Assembly: GCF_044704955.1 (NCBI RefSeq)
Contig: NC_091989.1
Coordinates: 186,930,001-186,994,000 of the forward strand
Origin: Pristiophorus japonicus
Taxonomy: Eukaryota
Reading direction: 5' to 3'
Length of the DNA stretch: 64,000 nt
The number at the start of each line of letters is the position of its first letter. The first letter of the stretch is position 1. Of the stretch, positions 62,642-64,000 are shown in pieces. The notes below the pieces were generated by a model. It made no database searches, was not told where the DNA came from, and was given only the letters and a program-made list of their open reading frames with translations. Position numbers and translations under genes: made by a program.

Positions 62642-62935
62642 GCGTGCGGTCCGCTATCGAGCTGAGACAGTCTGCTGCTGCCGTGAAACGGCCCGGGGAG
62701 TCTCACAAACTGTCCTGTACAATCAGTGGCGACAGCAGCTACTACCTGAGCTGGGTTAAACAGGCCCCCGGGCAAGGGCTGGAGTGGCTGGCGCGTGTCG
62801 ATTATGATGATGACAAGTTTTACTCACCTGGACATCGAGACCGATTGACCGTGTCCAAGTCCGGCAACACCGCGTACCTGGAAATCCGCAAACTGACAGC
62901 CGGCGACACCGCCATCTATTACTGTGCGGATGGCA
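62642..62935 (+). CDS. Unrearranged IgH-like V gene segment (IgW-VH-like or TCR-associated Ig-like V), intact
   Basis: GVRS-AIELRQSAAAVKRPGESHKLSC..WVKQAPGQGLEWL..RLTVSK..AYLEIRKLTAGDTAIYYCA. Conserved Cys, Trp and YYC; no stops; followed by an RSS. Confidence 0.95.
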
Positions 62936-62974
62936 CACAGTGAGAGGAAGCAGGGCTGGGCTGGTACAAAAACT
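62936..62974 (+). other. Recombination signal sequence, 23-bp spacer
   Basis: CACAGTG (62936-62942), 23-nt spacer, ACAAAAACT (62966-62974). Confidence 0.96.
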
Positions 62975-63296
62975 CAGCCGCACTACAGTCAGGGGAATCA
63001 GTGAAAGGGGAAGCACCATGGCTCACCCCCAGCCTCGCCGTGTTGGGATCTGTCCCCCCCCGTGAATGGGAGAGGGCATTAGCTGGGAAGCCCCAGGATC
63101 ATACAGCCCAGAGCCCCCCCCCCCCCACAACCCACTGTCTGCACACCCCACCCACCGTCTGACCCCCGTCCCCACCCATCATCTACCTCCCCCCCCTCCC
63201 GGGAATGGGAGAGGGCATTAGCTGGAAAGCTCCAGGATCATACAGCCCAGAACCCCCCTCAACCCACCATCTGCCCCCCGTCCCCCAACCCACCGT

Positions 63297-63912
63297 CTGT
63301 GGGACGGCCTATGATGAAGATTAGTGGGGAATTCCTGGCTCCGGGGGACGGCCTATGATGAAGATTAGCGGGAGATTCCTGGCTCCGGGGGACGGCCTAT
63401 GATGAGGATTAGCGGGGGATTCCTGGCTCCGGGGGACTGCCTAAGATGAAGATTAGCGGGGGATTCCTGGCTCCGGGGTTTGGCCTATGATGAAGATTAG
63501 CGGGGGATTCCTGGCTCCGGGGGGACTGCCTATGATGAAGATTAGCGGGAGATTCCTGGCTCCGGGGGGACAGCCTATGATGAGGATTAGCGGGGGATTC
63601 CTGGCTCCGGGGTTTGGCCTATGATGAAGATTAGCGGGGTATTCCTGGCTCCGGGGGGATGGCCTATGATGAGGATTAGTGGGGGATTCCTGGCTCCGGG
63701 GGGATGGCCTATGATGAAGATTAGCGGGGTATTCCTGGCTCCGGGTGACAGCCTATGATGAGGATTAGCGGGGGATTCCTGGCTCCGGGGGACATCCTAT
63801 GATGAAGATTAGCGGGGGATTCCTGGCTCCGGGTGACAGCCTATGATGAAGATTAGCGGGGGATTCCTGGCTCCGGGGGGATGGCCTATGATGAGGATTA
63901 GCGGGGAATCCT
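63297..63912. repeat. ~42-44-bp minisatellite (GGGGACGGCCTATGATGAAGATTAGCGGGGGATTCCTGGCTCC), ~14 copies
   Basis: Tandem units are visible. Confidence 0.93.
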
Positions 63913-64000
63913 GGGGTGACCTGAAGCTGGGCCTTGGGACATATCTAAGAATTGATATATTTATTAATTCTCGAGGATGCAGAAGAGCCCGGTCTCCAAT

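Noticed and set aside
62975-63300. D segment after the V (cactgtc at ~63133)
   Set aside because: No GGTTTTTGT-like nonamer at 12-bp spacing and no paired downstream heptamer.

Overview
Repeat-dense vertebrate genomic DNA, most likely from a cartilaginous fish. This is inferred from the CR1/L2/RTE/Deu-domain SINE repertoire and an IgW-like V segment. About 95% of the window is nested retroelements and tandem arrays. From left to right it contains: (1) the 3' half of a decayed env-bearing LTR retroelement (integrase, then a spliced env combining an Ig-like domain with a paramyxo/baculo-F-like class I fusion protein, then the LTR); (2) 31-, 18- and 29-bp minisatellites; (3) a nest of CR1, RTE-BovB and Gypsy elements with readable target-site duplications (TSDs); (4) a CR1 ORF2 that is intact except for one nonsense codon; (5) a ~2.2-2.7 kb tandemly duplicated unit punctuated by telomere-like (CCCTAA/CCCTGA)n arrays, which hold all three assembly gaps; (6) a MITE and a second Gypsy element cut off by a 14.3-kb array of a 47-bp satellite. 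The only intact host gene lies about 300 bp after that array: an IgH-like V segment (leader exon, intron, V exon, canonical 23-RSS) with a short CDR1 and no D segment in the next 1 kb. Most long ORFs in the supplied track are artefacts of tandem repeats. All calls come from reading the sequence by eye; no searches were run.
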